In this document: positions 35,781-48,424 of the stretch, piece after piece
Layout: each line of letters begins with the position of its first letter
Numbering within the stretch: the first letter of the stretch is position 1
Assembly (NCBI GenBank): GCA_963514005.1
Contig: OY740785.1
Coordinates: forward strand, 79,856,001-79,920,000
Origin: Raja brachyura
Lineage: Eukaryota
DNA: 64,000 bases
Direction: 5' to 3'
The notes under the pieces: generated by a model
Databases searched by the model: none
Seen by the model: the letters and a program-made list of their open reading frames with translations, nothing else
Told to the model about the DNA's origin: nothing
Made by a program: the position numbers and the translations under genes

Positions 35781-38700
35781 TTGGTGCGAAATCGCTCTGG
35801 TACACAATGTGCTCCTGCTGTAGCGAAGAAGTTGAGAGGTTTGATTGAACCTTTTGAGTTGGTTGATGCATGGTGGAACCTCCACCCTGATTCCAGTGTT
35901 TTTACGAGGAGGTCTGAGGGGGGTGGTTCCCGCATCGATCGTATGTACACCTCCGGTGCATATGTCTCCCGTGTCTCGCCGGCCTGAATGTGGCTGGTGC
36001 CGTGCTCTGACCACTGTCTGTTACAAGTGGACTTTAATCCAGCGCGCACACGGGCTGGGTCCGCTTACTGGCACTTTAATAACCGGCTGCTGAAGGATCG
36101 GTGTTTCCGGGAGTCACTCGGTCGGCTTTGGGTGAAGTGGAGAGAGAGGCAGTCATGGCGTAGGGCAGTCACGGTGGCGCAGCGGTAGAGTTGCTGCCTT
36201 ACAGCAAAATGCAGCGCCCGAGACCTGGGTTCGCTCCCGACTACGGGTGCTGTCTATATGGAGTTTGTACGTTCTCCCCGTGATCTGCGTGGGTTTTCTC
36301 CGAGATCTTCGGTTTCCTCCCACACTCCAAAGGCGTACAGATTTCTAGGTTAATTGGCTTGGTAAAAATGTAAAATTGTCCAAGATAGCGATATGCAGAG
36401 TACTGTCCTGCCAACTACAACATTCAGAAGGTTCGGAAGGTTCAGAAGCAGAGGAGCATCCATTCCCTTGGGCAGTGGTAGGATGTGGGAAAGGCTTACA
36501 TCCATCTCTTTTGTCAGGAATACACGTGAGGGTTGACCGGAACGTGGGACTCGGCGGTCGAGAGGCTCGAGAGGGAATTACTTGACGCGGAGTCTCGTTT
36601 GGGTCGGTTTGGCGAGGACTCCTGTGTGTGGGGAGAGTATCAGGTGAGGAAGGAAGCTTTGAGGAGCCTGCTGCTTGAGCGGTCTCGAGGCACTTACGTG
36701 CAGGTAGAGGGTCCAGATGCTGCACGATCTGGACTGTGCATGTCCTTGATTTTTCTCTCTGGAGAAAGGACGGGGAGACCGTAAGCAGCTCGTAGAGCTG
36801 CTCGCGGATGATGGCTCCTCTGTCACAGATCCAGAGAGGATCAGTGCTTTAGTTTGGTCCTTTTATGGGTCCCTGTTCTCCGCAGATGGATTCAGTGGGG
36901 AGGCTCAGCGGGTCCTGTGGGAGTGTCTACCGACTGTAGATAGGGAGGTGTCCGAACTTCTTGATGACCCCTTATCATTGGATGAGTTGACTCGTGCCCT
37001 GCACCAGCTCAGGAGGGGCAAGTCCCTTGGGCTGGATGGGTTGACGATAGAGTTTGTTAGAGCCTTCTGGGATATCCTGCGGGGTGATTACATGAAGGTT
37101 CTGGGGGAGAGCCTGGTGACCGGGGAGATGCCCCTCTTGTGGCGTAGGGCAGTCGTTGCGTGATTGTCAGCAGGCTTTCTTGGCTGCATTGTCCACCAGG
37201 ATTAACTGGAGTAAGTGTTCTGGACTTCTAGTGGGTCAGTGGCAGATGGACTCCCTGCCGGAGGAAATGACATTGTACGCATGGAACACCACGCACCTCC
37301 TCTACCTGGGGGTCTACCTGAGTCCCACTGAGGATGCTTGGCCGGCGAACTGGCTGGAGCTGGAGACAAAAGAGGTCGCCCGGCTGGGGCGCTGGTCAGG
37401 CCTGCGTATAGTTCTTTCTTTCCAGGGTAGGGTGCCGGTCATAAACCAGCTGGTGGCCTCCATGTTGTGGTAACAGCTGGCTACTCTTGTCCCGCCCTCT
37501 ATCTTTGTAACTGCAGTACAGAGCAAGCTGGTGGATTTCTTTTGGGGAGATGGGAAGCACTGGGTTTCCACAACGGTCCTGAGTCTCTTGTTAGAGGAGG
37601 GCGGCCAGTCCTTGGTATGCGGCGTACCCAGGTGGCGGCTCTCCGTCTCAGGACTGCAGAGTTACATGTATGCGGAGACCCCCCCCCCAGATGGTACGCT
37701 ATGGCCACGTATTTTTTCCACCGGTGTTGTTGCCTAAGGGGGGTTTCGCGGTTCCCAGTGGCGGGAATCAGTCGATCCACCTTACGGGCTTTCCCTTTTT
37801 TCTATCATGATGTGCTAAGAGTGAGGAATTTGGTTGTTTTCAGCCAGTGTGTTGCTCCACAGGGGGAGGGGGGTGTTGTGGCTGCGGGAGTGACCGGTTC
37901 TCACCCTGTCAAGGCGGGTGTCGAGGAGAGGCGTGTGCTTGGAGTGATTCTGACTGAGCTTACCCCCGCTCCATCCGATCTGCTCATCGGGCCCAGGCTC
38001 CGGGATATTTCTTGGGCGCCAGCTCCACACAACTTGAGCCGCCTTTCCGAGATGCCCAGCGTGCTGTTTCATGATGCGAAGAGACACATACTGTACAGGA
38101 TGCTCCTGCACATTCTGCACCTCCTTGCCTTCGTCTTCCGTCTGGACACGCCTTGGCGGTCCGTGTTACCACCTGAAGGCGGGGACGGTCGCCAGTGGAG
38201 GTCTCTCTACAAGGGAGTCGTCCCCCTTTACATTGGGGACCTGGGGTGGAGAGTGTTGCGCAGAGCGTTGGCATGTAATAGACTTTTGTGTCAGTTCACG
38301 GGCTCGCCGGCCACCTGTATTTTCTGCGACGAGGAAGAGACCGTGTTCCATGCATATATGGAGTGTGTGAGGTTGCTGCCACTGTCAATATCTGAAGGGG
38401 TTGTTCCTCAAGTTTTGGTTTCATTTTAGTCCCACAAATCTGGTGTTTGGACACAAGGCAGGGACTGGGGTGAGCTGATCAGGGGGGTGGGACCTGGGCC
38501 TGGCGAAGATGGCCATTTGCGGGTCCAGGCAGTGAGTGGTCAATGGTCACGCCAGCGTTGACTGCCTGCCCCTCTTCCGGGCCTACGTCCGTGCTCGCCT
38601 GTCCCTGGAGAAGGAACACACGGTGTCCACGGGGACTCTGGAGGACTTCCGTGAGCACTGGTCACCGCATGGGGTCAAGATCATTGTGAATAATGACTAC

Positions 38701-38810
38701 ATCATTGTATTATAATGATTGCTTGATGTATTGTAACATTTGAATGTGTTTTGATGTGCTGTGCTATGCATTTTTGCTGAATAAAGTCCTTGGAAAAAGA
38801 AAATTAAAAG
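35781..38810 (+). mobile_element. Tx1-clade (L1 group) LINE ORF2 remnant, 5'-truncated with most of the RT core deleted
   Basis: LVDAWWNLHP, SRIDRMY, SDH, SAYWHFNNRLL, GKSLGLDGLTIEF, INWSKCSG, YLGVYL, DFFW, C-terminal CIFC...ETVFHAYMEC, then aataaa and an A-rich tail. Confidence 0.88.
36163..36382 (+). mobile_element. HE1/V-SINE-like SINE (3'-truncated) in Tx1
   Basis: gcagtcacggtggcgcagcggtagagttgctgccttacagc head and conserved body. Confidence 0.88.
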
Positions 38811-38861
38811 GAGAGAGGGACAGAGAGGAAGAGAGAGAGAGGCAAAGAGAGGGACTGAGTA

Positions 38862-38958
38862 AACCCGAGATGGACCCGAGACAGACCCGACCCGAGACAG
38901 ACCCGAGATGGACCCGACCCGAGACCCAGAGACGGACCCGACCCGAGACGGACCCGAG
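38862..38958. repeat. Short tandem repeat of GACCC/GACCCGAGA units inside the Helitron
   Basis: ggacccgacccgagac repeated with variants. Confidence 0.9.
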
Positions 38959-39539
38959 AGCTCTGGTACGGGGCCCGACTTGCTCGTTCTTCACTTGTAG
39001 TACATGGAACACAGCGCTTGGAACACAGAGCGCAGACCCATTGTGACATCATCAGCAAAAGACAGTCATTTGTCTTTCAAGGTTTTGTCAGATTTTTGAA
39101 ATAAAGCATGAAAGTGTCAGATAAGGTGATTTTGGACTCCAGGGGAAAAATCTCTTCCAGAATATTGTGTAAATTTTACCGTTAGCGCAATGGGACCCGT
39201 TGGGTCCCAGCATCACTGGGCTGGTCAACCAATGGAATATTACAACTCTCCATCAATTCCAATATTGCTGGCCAGTGGGTGGGGGAGCTTTCTGTAGCGC
39301 TAGTATGGGTGATGTGGGCCAAGGGGACTGGTTTCCAGAGGGCTAGTATGGGCATTGTGGGCCGAATGCATTCTTGGGCTGGCAGCTCAGCCACTGAGGC
39401 CTGGCAGTACAGTCACTCAGACCTGGCAGGCTGACAGCTGAGAAACTGCCAGAAATTCTGCCTAAAACAAGTGACAGACTCTGTGAGAGAGAAGGGGGAG
39501 ATGGTGGACTGTATGGATTATTGGGCTCACAGTTTAATG

Positions 39540-39905
39540 AGTCATGGCTGGTGGGCTGGCAGTTCACTTACTCATGGCTGGTGGGCTGGCAGTGCAGTCA
39601 CTCATGGCTGGTGGGCTGGCAGTTCAGTCACTTACAGCTGGTGAGCTGGCAGTTCATTTATTCATGGCTGGTGGGCTGGCAGTACAGTCACTCATGGCTA
39701 GTGGGCTGGCACTTCAGTCACTTACAGCTGGAGGGCTGGCAGTTCACTTACTCATGTCTGGTGAGCTCGCAATGCAGTCACTCACAGCTGGTGGGCTGGC
39801 TGTTCCGTCACTTACAGCTGGTGGGCTGGCAGTTCACTTACTCATGGCTGGTGGGCTGGCAGTGCAGTCACTCATGGCTGGTGTGGTGGCAGTTCATTCA
39901 GTCAC
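39540..39905. repeat. 30-bp minisatellite, about 12 copies, inside the Helitron
   Basis: Unit ctcatggctggtgggctggcagttcagtca with alternating variants. Confidence 0.95.
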
Positions 39906-40299
39906 CCCTCCTCCCTTCACCCCTCCATTCTGCTCCTTGCCATTCCCCTCCCCCCACGCATTCAGTCCATCTTCCCACAACCTCCCCCCATGCACTCTTA
40001 GTGGCTCCCCACAGAGCAGCGATTCCTTCCTATTTGATTCCTATTGTGATGAAGAACACGCAGGCATGAAAAGTGGAAAAAGGATTTATTAAAGTATAAA
40101 ATGTGAATGACTCTTAAAATATAACAACAATTTAAATGTTAAATATGAGAATTATGAAGTTCTTTCTTGTTGTGTCTCTTGTTGCTGCTCACTGCATCTT
40201 TATGTCTCTGCTGTTGATTAGAAAAAAGAGACAATTTAAATATAGAGAGATTGAGCGGTCAGATTTTAACAAAGAAAATCTGAGAATTTATCTCAGAAA

Positions 40300-42975
40300 T
40301 CATCATTCAACGAAGCACGCTTTAATGATAGCATTCTTGGTCAATGTTCCATCCTTCAAGAAAACTTTGACATTTCTGTTCATCTTTCCTCGGCTAAGAG
40401 CCACATATAGTTGTCATGCTGAAATACCGGTTTGTCAAGGTAGATCAACACCTTCTGCATTGTTTGTCCTTGTGCTTTATGGATCATCATAGCAAAACTT
40501 GATTGAATGGGGAATTGGCTCCGCTGAAGGGGAATGTCTTCACCTGTTAAATTGAGTGCTATCCTAGGAATGAGAACAACCATCTTTGAAGGCTCCCATG
40601 ATGATTCTTGCAACGATCATCCTCGTTCCATTGCATAGCTTTGGCGGTTCGAAGTTTCTCATTAATATGATTGGAGATCCTTTTTTCAACTCCAATTTGT
40701 GTAGTGATAATCCAGAGAGTTCAAGTGAATTGAGGAATTCTGTTGGGAAGTGCGTATCATGAGTTCCTTCAGTGACAGCTTTGAAAGAAAAGTACTCCTT
40801 AACAATTCCATGGATGCATCTGATGCATGCAGCCATGATCATATTGAATGGTGCTGCAGGCTCGAAGGGCCGAAGGGCCTACTTCTGCACCCATTTTCTA
40901 TGTTTCTATGTTTCTATGATCCTTCTCATGGTATCGTTGTGATGAACCAAGATACAATTGTTGGAGAATAATTCTGCAGGATTGATAAATGTGGGATAGA
41001 TTAAATCAATACAATCCTCCAGTGTTTCTGCTGATAGAAGCATGTCTTGTGGGATTTCAATTTCATCGTCTTCATTCTTTAAAATCTCGTCTTCTCAAAC
41101 TTTCAACAAAAATTAAGAATAGTCGCCTTCTCCCTCTGTCAATCGCATATTTGTGTGCAATTGAAACTTGGTGAAAAGTCTCCACAAGTAGGATTTCTTG
41201 ATGCAGGAATTTTCAACATTAGCATCATTTCCCCTTTTCACCACAGGAAGGAGTTGTCGAAAATCGCCACAACAAATGATAACAATACCGCCAAAAGGCT
41301 TAGTGTTGCTGCGGACATCTTGAAGAGTTCTGTCCACCGATTCAAAGCTTTCTCGCCTAATCGTTGGACATTCATCCCAAACAATGAGTTTCACTTGCCT
41401 CATGAAATGTGTCATCTTCGAGTTCTTATCGATGTTGCAGAAGTATCCTCGGCCACTTGGATGGGTATCTTGAATCGAGAATGTGCAGTTCTTCCACCAG
41501 GCATTAATATAACTGCTATCCCAGAGGATGCTACAGTAATAGCCACATCACCTTGACCTCTAACTTTAGAGAGGATCACATTGGTGATAAATGTTTTTCC
41601 TGTTCCTCCTGGTGCATCAATGAAAAACATTGAAGGGGGATTCCTTTTCAAGGAGTTTCACAACTGGTCATAAATTGCTCTCTGCTCAGCATTCAGCAGA
41701 GGCTCATTCTCGTCAACAAATTGCTGTTGTTCAGTTCTATCGTATTTCAATTCCTGCAGCAATTCTGTATTGTCATCATCAAGGTGCATCCTTCCATTTC
41801 TTGGTTGTGGCAAATTAAAGAATTCCATTGTTTTGTTGTAATTCTCAAGTCTTGAATATACAACAGAGCCTGATCATGATGCTTCTCTTCAATCATGATA
41901 TTAGGATCATTCATTGTGCTCCGTTCTTTTTCAAGGTCATCTTCAGACATTGAATTCTTGAAGTGATCCCATAATTGTCGAGGATTGTTGATCTCAGTAT
42001 TCGTCAACAAAACAGCAAACAAATCTCTCATTGCACTGGGGAGTCTTGTGTTCTCAGCATCTTCCATTGTTTGTTGCCAATGGTCATCAGTCTGCAACAA
42101 ACCTCTTTGTCTGCAGACGTCCTTGAAGAAAGGATAAATTTGTCCATCATGTGTCTTCAATGAATCAAAGGATACTGGCCCTTTTACGTGATGGTGAAGC
42201 AGTCTCAAGTAGTAGAGGTCACCACATTTTGGAGACACGGTATACACTCGTCCCAGAATGTTGGATTAAAAAATACCTGGATGATCTTGCACTCTCTTGT
42301 CGGCCTTCCTTCTTTGTCATCTCTTTTTGTTCCATGTGTAAAATCGGGAAACATCAGCGTAGTCGAGTGTTCTTGGAAATGGCTCTTGAGAACACAATGC
42401 CATGAATTCAGTTAAAGTCGTTCTCGTCATAGCATCATTGGTCCCTTCTTCAGCAGCATTGGGTCTGAGAAAAGCTCGTTGTTGTTCTGGTAGATGTACC
42501 TGGAGGCGAAAAACAGCGGGGAGTCTCTCATGAGTTAGAAATCCAAGAATTAATGCCAATGCTTCTGATGGACCAATGTATCTGCCAGTCAAATACTGTG
42601 AAATGTCATAACTCCTGCTAACTTTAAAATATGCTTGATCACTTCCCTTCATGGTGTACTTGATGACGTATTTGACTGACTTTATAGAGGAACATATCTC
42701 AATGTTGATGTTACATTTGAATAACTTCAATAGTTCAGCATTATAGGGCACCACACAAACAGAAGTGATAGGTCGATGCTGGCGACCTTCTTGATATCCC
42801 TGAAATCTTCCCATGTCTGGAGATCTTCTCCTGTGTAGAGCATGTGAATTATTCCCACACCTTGTGCTCGCGATAAATGGCTTTGGGAATCTCTTACTGC
42901 ATTTTCCTTTCTTCTAACACGGAGAGCCGTGGTTGCACAATGGTCCATGAATCTTGTGCTTGAGTTACAATTCAT
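40300..42975 (-). pseudogene. Helitron RepHel remnant (post-Rep linker plus PIF1-family helicase), fragmented
   Basis: VVPYN...INIEICSSIKSVKYVIKY, YYLRLLHHHVKGP, FIDAPGGTGKTF, VASSGIA...GGRTAHSRFKIP, WDECP, FGG...GDFRQLLPVV, LCNGTR, QFP...IHKAQGQT. Confidence 0.93.
40830..40918 (+). mobile_element. Very short CR1 3'-UTR insertion in the Helitron helicase
   Basis: cagccatgatcatattgaatgg...tttctatgtttctatg, near-identical to 14006-14092. Confidence 0.88.
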
Positions 42976-42978
42976 TCA

Positions 42979-43128
42979 CAGGCAGGGCAGGCCAAACAAT
43001 TCATGGCATTGTCATTTCATTTCCAATTTTGCATTGAGGTTTCAAGACCAGGCAGGGCAGGTCAAACAACTCATGGCATTGTCATTTAATTGCCAATTTT
43101 GCATTGCAGTTTCAAGCATAGGCAGGGC
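42979..43128. repeat. ~70-bp tandem duplication (about 2 copies) at the Helitron deletion breakpoint
   Basis: caggcagggcaggccaaacaattcatggcattgtcattt...gtttcaag occurs twice. Confidence 0.85.
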
Positions 43129-43159
43129 TTAAAGCCGTAATATCTTACACTGGCCTAAC

Positions 43160-43430
43160 CACAATAGACAATAGGTGCAGGAGTAGGCCATTCGGCCCTT
43201 TGGCCTGCACCGCCATTCAATATGATCATGGCTGATCATCCAACTCAATAACCTGTACCTGCCTTCTCTCCATACCCCCTGATCCCTTTAGCCACAAGGG
43301 CCACATCTAACTCCCTCTTAAATATAGCCAATGAACTGGCCTCAACTACCTTCTGTGGCAGAGAATTCCACAGATTCACCACTCTCTGTGTGAAAAATGA
43401 TTTTCTCATCTCGATCCTAAAAGACTTCCC
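43160..43430 (-). mobile_element. CR1 3' fragment inside the Helitron
   Basis: Reverse complement of the 3' UTR and ORF2 end seen at ~13810-14075. Confidence 0.9.
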
Positions 43431-45949
43431 ACTTCACCATGGTGATTGACAGGCAAGAGGACCAATCAGCTAATCTCAAGATTTTTTAAACATTTATAAC
43501 TTTTTTATTTTTAATTGATCGGAAAAATCCTCAGGCATCAGCGGAGGACTGTGAGTAAGATGACCAAAAATCATAGCGACATAGGGTAGCATTATTTCTA
43601 AAATCAATATAAAACGCAGACAGGAATTGGTCAAGATGAGATTTTTAGTGATATAGGTATATATATATATATATAGCCACGAGGGGCATAGATAAAGTGA
43701 ATAACCCAAGGGGAAGGGGTTCTAAATCCAGAAGGCTTTTTTTTAGCAGAGATTTGAAAGCCAAGAGAGCCTAGCTCAGTGAAGCAACTTGGTCGGCATG
43801 GGCAAATTGTGCAGAAAGGTCTGGTCCCATGACCCTATAGCAGATAAGTGGAAACTATTAAGGATAGGTGTTTGTAATATAGCCTGACATTAATAATTTC
43901 TTTCTTACAAATTTTTATTTTTTATTATATAAACCATATAAATCCGATTTTTACAAAATATAACTGTGAAGTCTTTATTTTTAGCTGTACAGCAAAATGA
44001 CTGGTGATACTGCCAGAAACAATACAAAATTATATAACTGCACTTTACCTCACAATCAAAGCAAACTGTTTTTAGCCAGGTTAATAAAGTAGTGGCACTG
44101 GGAATCACATCAAAGATGATTAGGCGGCTTGCATTATTACCATGCATTTAACGTGTGCAGTTAAACTGACCATTGAACTAAATTGTCAGTTGGCTTGGAA
44201 ACACTCTGACATTGTTGTTCACACAACTCAGATTAATCGACAAAACACAATGCCCCCCCCCCCCAGCAAATACCATTACCTCATAGGTAGGCACTATCAG
44301 GGTTTGATTTGTGCAAGATAATTTTGCTTCTCTGGTGAAGTGACGTCCTATATTGTGTTTTGCACAGACAATGTGACATTGAAGGCAGTAAATTTCTCAA
44401 ATACAATTAAGATATGCTCTAATTGTTAACCAAGACCACATTAAACTCTTTTTTTCAAATCATAATCTAGAATATTGTTTAGCTTCTTCAAAATGTGGCT
44501 ATCTTTGTATTACATACATAATGTCACCAGCTACGTTAGTTATTATTCTGTTCACACTCTTCAAGCATGATAGCTTTCCATCTCACAATTAATGTTAAAC
44601 AAGTGGTCAGCTTGCTGTATGTTGATAATATTACAGGTAAAATTAGATATTTTTTTGCAAATCGTTAGAATAGATGAAAAGAAGGATTGTAGTCTCAATG
44701 TTTTGACACAATAAGACAAACATGATTTCCAGAGCAATAGCTAACAGTATTTGTTGCACACAGCTAAAGCAATATCTGGCCAGCGCTGCTGAAGTGTGGC
44801 TTGTATTTCCTTGAAAAAGATGAGCTCATTTTAAAACAGAGCTGAGAGAAAATGGAAGAGAACAGCATATCAGAATGATGAGGGATTCTGATATTGTACT
44901 CCTGAGACCCAGGCTAATAATGCAGGAATGTAAATTCAAACCCTATTGGTATTGATTAAAACAAATATTGAAAATAAATAGCTTACATTTGTGCTAGAAA
45001 GAATGAGCATGAAGTTGATGAAATCTTAACTGGTTCATGGATGCTCTTTAGTAATTAACCTGCTATCTTTTCCTTGCCAATAGGGCTTACAAGTCAATCT
45101 TCCCAGCAAAGGTAGGTTGACAGACAACTCAATAAATACCAGCTTAACTGTGATACACACATCCTGCAAATTAATTTTTAAAAATGGTACAGTTGTGAAT
45201 ATTAGTCACTTTATATGGCAAACACTGGTAACACAAATAAGGTTGTTTCCCTTGCTTAAAATACTGCAGCATAACAGCGTCATTCTGAACTTATTATACT
45301 CTCTGGACTGAATGTAGTTATAGTTTGTGATTGCCTCTCATATTCTCAACCAATTCTACTCTTCAGACTAAGTTTATTTTTTGTCATTGCCAAACAAATG
45401 TGCATGTTGCCACCTGGACATTTTATTTGGAAAATAATCTACACTGAGGTGTACCAGACTGCAATAGCAGTGGACGAAGTGATTAATGGGAATTTAAATA
45501 CACGCAGTATTTATGCTTTAAAATGCTGAATTGCAAAATAAATTGATAAAGCCCAAAGTAAACATTGTTCGGTGCTATCCAAAACACTTTGAAGAAAAAT
45601 AATGAGTAGCCCTTGTGAATGGAGCAAGATCATTATTCCAAATGGGATGGGGAAGATTTGCCGCCTGCATTATAAAAGAATAACAATCTCTTCCATTCAA
45701 TGCTGCGAGTTATCATTACAAATGTCAAGCAAGGAACGTATTCTTCTGGGAGAACATGGTGGTATAAAACACAGTAACAATCTGCAGCAAAGTTCCATCC
45801 CTGAGAGCTATGAATTTGACCTGGAAACTCCAGTAACTTATAAATTGTACAGGGGCTCCCAGGATTTAAGGGTGAGCTCTGGTTCAGAGTCCATTGTGAA
45901 TTCTTCTATTCCCATTTAAGTCCCCAACATAATCAAATACTTTTTTCAC

Positions 45950-46230
45950 CCCGGTAACTCCTTCATCCCCCTGCTCCCACCCGATAGAAGGTACATAAGC
46001 TTGTAAGTGCACACCACAAGACTCAGGAACTCTTCCCCTCTATCAGGCTTTTGAATGGTCCTTCCATAAGCTAGGGTACAATCTGATTCACCTTTACCCC
46101 ATTGCAGACATTGGACTTTGTCTATGGAACTAATGTACTATGAAGTTGAGAACTATATTCTATATTATGTACGGTATTATATGATTTGATTGGATAGCAT
46201 ACAAAAACAATGCTTTTCATTGTACCTAGC
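45950..46230 (+). mobile_element. Rex/L2-type LINE 3' fragment
   Basis: ctccttcatccccctgctccca...agaaggtaca...caccacaagactcaggaac, then ttggatagcatacaaaaacaatgcttttcattgtacct. Confidence 0.65.
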
Positions 46231-46865
46231 AAACTCACTTGCCAGCATTTATTTCAAGAGGGCTTGTATACAAAAACAGGGATGTAATGCTGGTTTGAGA
46301 GCAAGATGACGAGCGGTCCCTTGAAACTATCTATCTGCTCCGTTTTGTCCATCTTGTGATCACCCAATCCCTCACTGCCCATTACTCTTTAGAGCTTGTG
46401 GGAAATCACTCCATGAAACATTTGTTGTACTGTGCAGGCAGAAAGCATTCTGGACTTTCCAGGCCATCGGCTTGAAACATTGTCTCTGTGCCTCCCGCTG
46501 TACATGCATCATGGCCTGCTGAATATTTCTAATGTTTCCATTTTAAAGTTTGGATATTCTTTCGTTGATTCTGTGTTAACAACTCCACAAGGGGGCTGAA
46601 GAGGAAATTGTGCTCCAGGAATATGAATCTCCTATCGTAAGTGGGAGCTCTCCAGAATGATTGCCGAGCCAACAAAGATGTTATAGAAATGGAAGTTAGT
46701 GTTAGTGTGGCTCGAACCTGCAGCTCGAGAGGTTTCACCTAACTACTTATAGATAAAAGTTTCCAAGGTTATTTATTGTCGAAGCATAAATATGTTCATT
46801 CATCATCTAACATAAGCCATAAGAACATAACATAACATCCACTCCTCAATCTTTAAAACGTCACC

Positions 46866-46992
46866 CTATGAAGAAGAATCCCAACCTATAATGTCGCCTA
46901 TCCATTTGCTCCGTTGATGCTGCCTGACCTGCTGAGTTCCTCCAGCACTTTGTGTTTTGCTCAAGATTCCAACTCCTGCAGTTCCTCGTGTC
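46866..46992 (+). mobile_element. Degenerate Penelope-derived hammerhead repeat
   Basis: tgaagaagaatcccaacctataatgtc...gatgctgcctgacctgctgagttcctccagcactttgtgt. Confidence 0.65.
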
Positions 46993-47029
46993 ATTCCCTT
47001 TGTATTGGGTCAGATTTGGCACTGACATT

Positions 47030-47312
47030 GAAACATAGAAAATAGGTGCAGGATTAAGCGAGTTGGCCTTCGAGCCAGCACCGCCATTTAATATGATCAT
47101 GGCTGATCATCCAAAATCAGTACACCGTTCCTGCTTTCTCCCCATATTGCTTGATTATTTTAGTCCAAAGAGCTAAATCTAACTCTCTCTTGAAAACATC
47201 CAGTGAATTGGCCTCCATTGCCTTTTGTGGCAGAGAATTCCACAGATTCATAACTCTCTGGGTGAAAAGGTTTTCCTAATCTCAGTCTTAAATGGCCTAT
47301 CCCTTATTCTTC
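47030..47312 (-). mobile_element. CR1 3' fragment
   Basis: aaacatagaaaataggtgcagg tail end and gagaattccacagattca. Confidence 0.88.
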
Positions 47313-48424
47313 AGTCATGCTAAATGCAAAGCTCTGACAGGCTTTGGTCTGTGCATGTTTTTAAATTTGTTGCATATTGTTAGTTACAGATTTGTATACT
47401 TCCAAAATTAGATTGTCTGTCTTCCCTGTTTATTGGCCGATTTGCATTCGGGATCCATTTAGTGTCTGGCACGGATGTGATTTATGTGGATTCAGGAGAC
47501 ACCTGGGGTCTGAATGATGCTCAGTTCAATCATCTTGCTCTGGATCATGTTCCATTGCAGCACTCCCTTGCTGCTTCCTCATATCAGAGATGTCAAAACC
47601 ATCCCGAGCTCACTCTCTTGCTCACTGCCTTCAGACCCCTGCCGACAAATAAATGTGCAGGCCTCCAGTGTGGACTGGATTGATCTCAACAGTGAATCTC
47701 TTCATGACTGATTCAAAAGCAGTTCATCGAGAGACCTTGTCAGAGGGTCAAACAAGGAGGTCAGCACTGTAGATCCACTGCTCTCCCATGACCACTAAGT
47801 AGGCATGATGACCATTGAGCAGGCTTATAGGGATTGCAGTGCATCAGGCATGACTCCGGAAGAGAATCACTGATGTTGTTGCAGCTGAATAATTGCATTG
47901 CAGGATTTTTTTTTAAGATTTAGATGAAAACCATTTAGAATAAACCATGAACAAAACTGGATTATGCAATACCCTTCTCTTTCAGGTGTTAAGTAGATAA
48001 GGATTTTTAAACTTAATGTAGTTTCAAGATCCATAAACCCACCATAATCTAAAGTATTCAGCACAGTATATTTGTCTCTAAGCTATATTTTGTGCTTTCA
48101 CTTATCCCATTTCCACATCCTTTTTGTGCTGAATTGTCAACAAATCTTCATCACTGAGCTCTCCCCCCTTTAACAGGTCTGACTTTTCAGTTCTTTGATT
48201 TTTTCTGCTTCTGTACTTGCTTGGAATCTGTTTGGCTAGAATTTCTACCTTTCTGGTTTGACAGATCATAACGTTTCCCTCGCCATCAATTTCCAATGTC
48301 ACATGTGTAGAGATATGGAACAATTCAGCTTCCAAAATCTTATCTCTTCGAAGGCAGAAACAGCAAAAAACCTGGCCTGTGTAATTATAATCTACAAGTG
48401 GATTTCATCAAATGTGAAGCGATC

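Larger units (their letters stand above)
35022..43657 (-). mobile_element. Helitron (rolling-circle transposon), defective composite with both termini
   Basis: The minus-strand 3' end is a GGACCCAATGGGTCC hairpin plus acttggtCTAG|T. The 5' end is near 43657 (c[T>C]CTATATCACTAAAAATCTCATCTTGACC). There is no TSD, and the flanks rejoin as one CR1 remnant at an A|T junction. Confidence 0.85.

Noticed and set aside
35031-36049. Long ORFs of 126-301 aa across the GA tract
   Set aside because: Low-complexity artefacts that read through 198 Ns.
36163-36250. tRNA gene-like sequence with A and B boxes
   Set aside because: It is the head of a SINE family present many times in the window, not a complete cloverleaf tRNA.
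39521-40092. Two 182-aa ORFs with 10-aa repeats (SWLVGWQF.., MAGGLAV..), and a superficial CRISPR-like look
   Set aside because: These are translations of a 30-bp minisatellite inside a Helitron. Units are contiguous with no unique spacers, there are no cas genes, and the context is eukaryotic.
40300-42975. Host PIF1 helicase gene
   Set aside because: Intronless and frameshifted, preceded by Helitron-specific motifs and enclosed by Helitron termini.
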